From the NCBI RefSeq assembly GCF_044324875.1, contig NZ_CP172185.1: a DNA stretch of 64,000 bases; one strand, given 5' to 3'. The stretch is from Escherichia coli (GTDB lineage Bacteria; Pseudomonadota; Gammaproteobacteria; Enterobacterales; Enterobacteriaceae). This document shows, in pieces, positions 63,546 through 64,000 of this stretch. Under the pieces are notes generated by a model. It made no database searches. It saw nothing but the letters and a program-made list of their open reading frames with translations, and was not told the DNA's origin. Within the stretch, counting starts at the first letter, position 1, and each line of letters starts with the position of its first letter. A program made the position numbers and the translations under genes.

Positions 63546-64000
63546 TCACGCCGGTTTCAGGTCCGGTTCAATCAGACTGTAGACCTGCTGGTTAAGTGCT
63601 GGCGCATTTGCCAGTTCATGGATATGTGCGGCGACATCGGCACGGTTAACAAAACCATGACACTCCTGATTTTGTATCCGTTGTGCTTTGCCCGTTGCCG
63701 CCCCATCAAGCAGACCGCCAGGGCGGAGAATGGCGTAATCAAGCTGGCTGGTTTGCAACCAGCTTTCCGCCAGCGTTTTTTCCCGTACCGCCTGACCAAA
63801 CGCAGCCTTTGCCCGCTCCGATAAAAACGGCCAGCTATCGCCGCATCCCAAAGAGGTCACCAGAATCATGCGACTAATGCCGGCCTTTTCGGCCTCATCA
63901 ATCACTGTTCTGTGCGCCAGATAATCCTGAGCTCCGCCCATTGTTGAGATGATAAGCGCATCCGGGCCAGCTGCGCGGCAAGCATCCGCGACTACGCTGG
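63546..64000 (-). CDS. chuY: ChuY-like NAD(P)H-dependent reductase, C-terminal part (gene runs off window end)
   Basis: Open frame to the window edge; Rossmann-like ...ILVTSLGCGDSWPF...; position upstream of chuU-chuV. Confidence 0.55.
   Translation of the reverse strand, partial: SVVADACRAAGPDALIISTMGGAQDYLAHRTVIDEAEKAGISRMILVTSLGCGDSWPFLSERAKAAFGQAVREKTLAESWLQTSQLDYAILRPGGLLDGAATGKAQRIQNQECHGFVNRADVAAHIHELANAPALNQQVYSLIEPDLKPA

Overview
This window is an Escherichia coli-type chromosomal segment, read in reverse orientation relative to the K-12 map. Gene order is tag (5' tip), yhjY, yhjX, eptB, proK tRNA-Pro, dppABCDF, yhjV, an ldr/rdl repeat array, the bcs cellulose cluster (bcsGFE / bcsRQABZC), pdeK, dctA, yhjJ, kdgK, pdeH, yhjG, yhjE, yhjD, yhjC, yhjB, treF, ccp, the acid fitness island (gadA, gadX, gadY, gadW, mdtF, mdtE, gadE, hdeD, hdeA, hdeB, yhiD) and the start of the chu haem-uptake locus (chuV, chuU, chuY). 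Gene identities come from reading the ORF-track proteins against remembered E. coli proteins; no database search was run. The main accessory feature is an IS110-family (IS621-like) element of about 1.28 kb at 6056..7333, inserted just downstream of proK. Its 5' non-coding end carries a structured non-coding RNA of about 177 nt whose internal loops repeat the insertion-site flank and the element's own end, as expected for a bridge (guide) RNA that programs the recombinase. Other departures from the K-12 arrangement are an IS3-family insertion splitting yhjY, an in-frame amber stop inside bcsA while bcsQ is intact, and four tandem ldr/rdl type I toxin-antitoxin units where K-12 has one.
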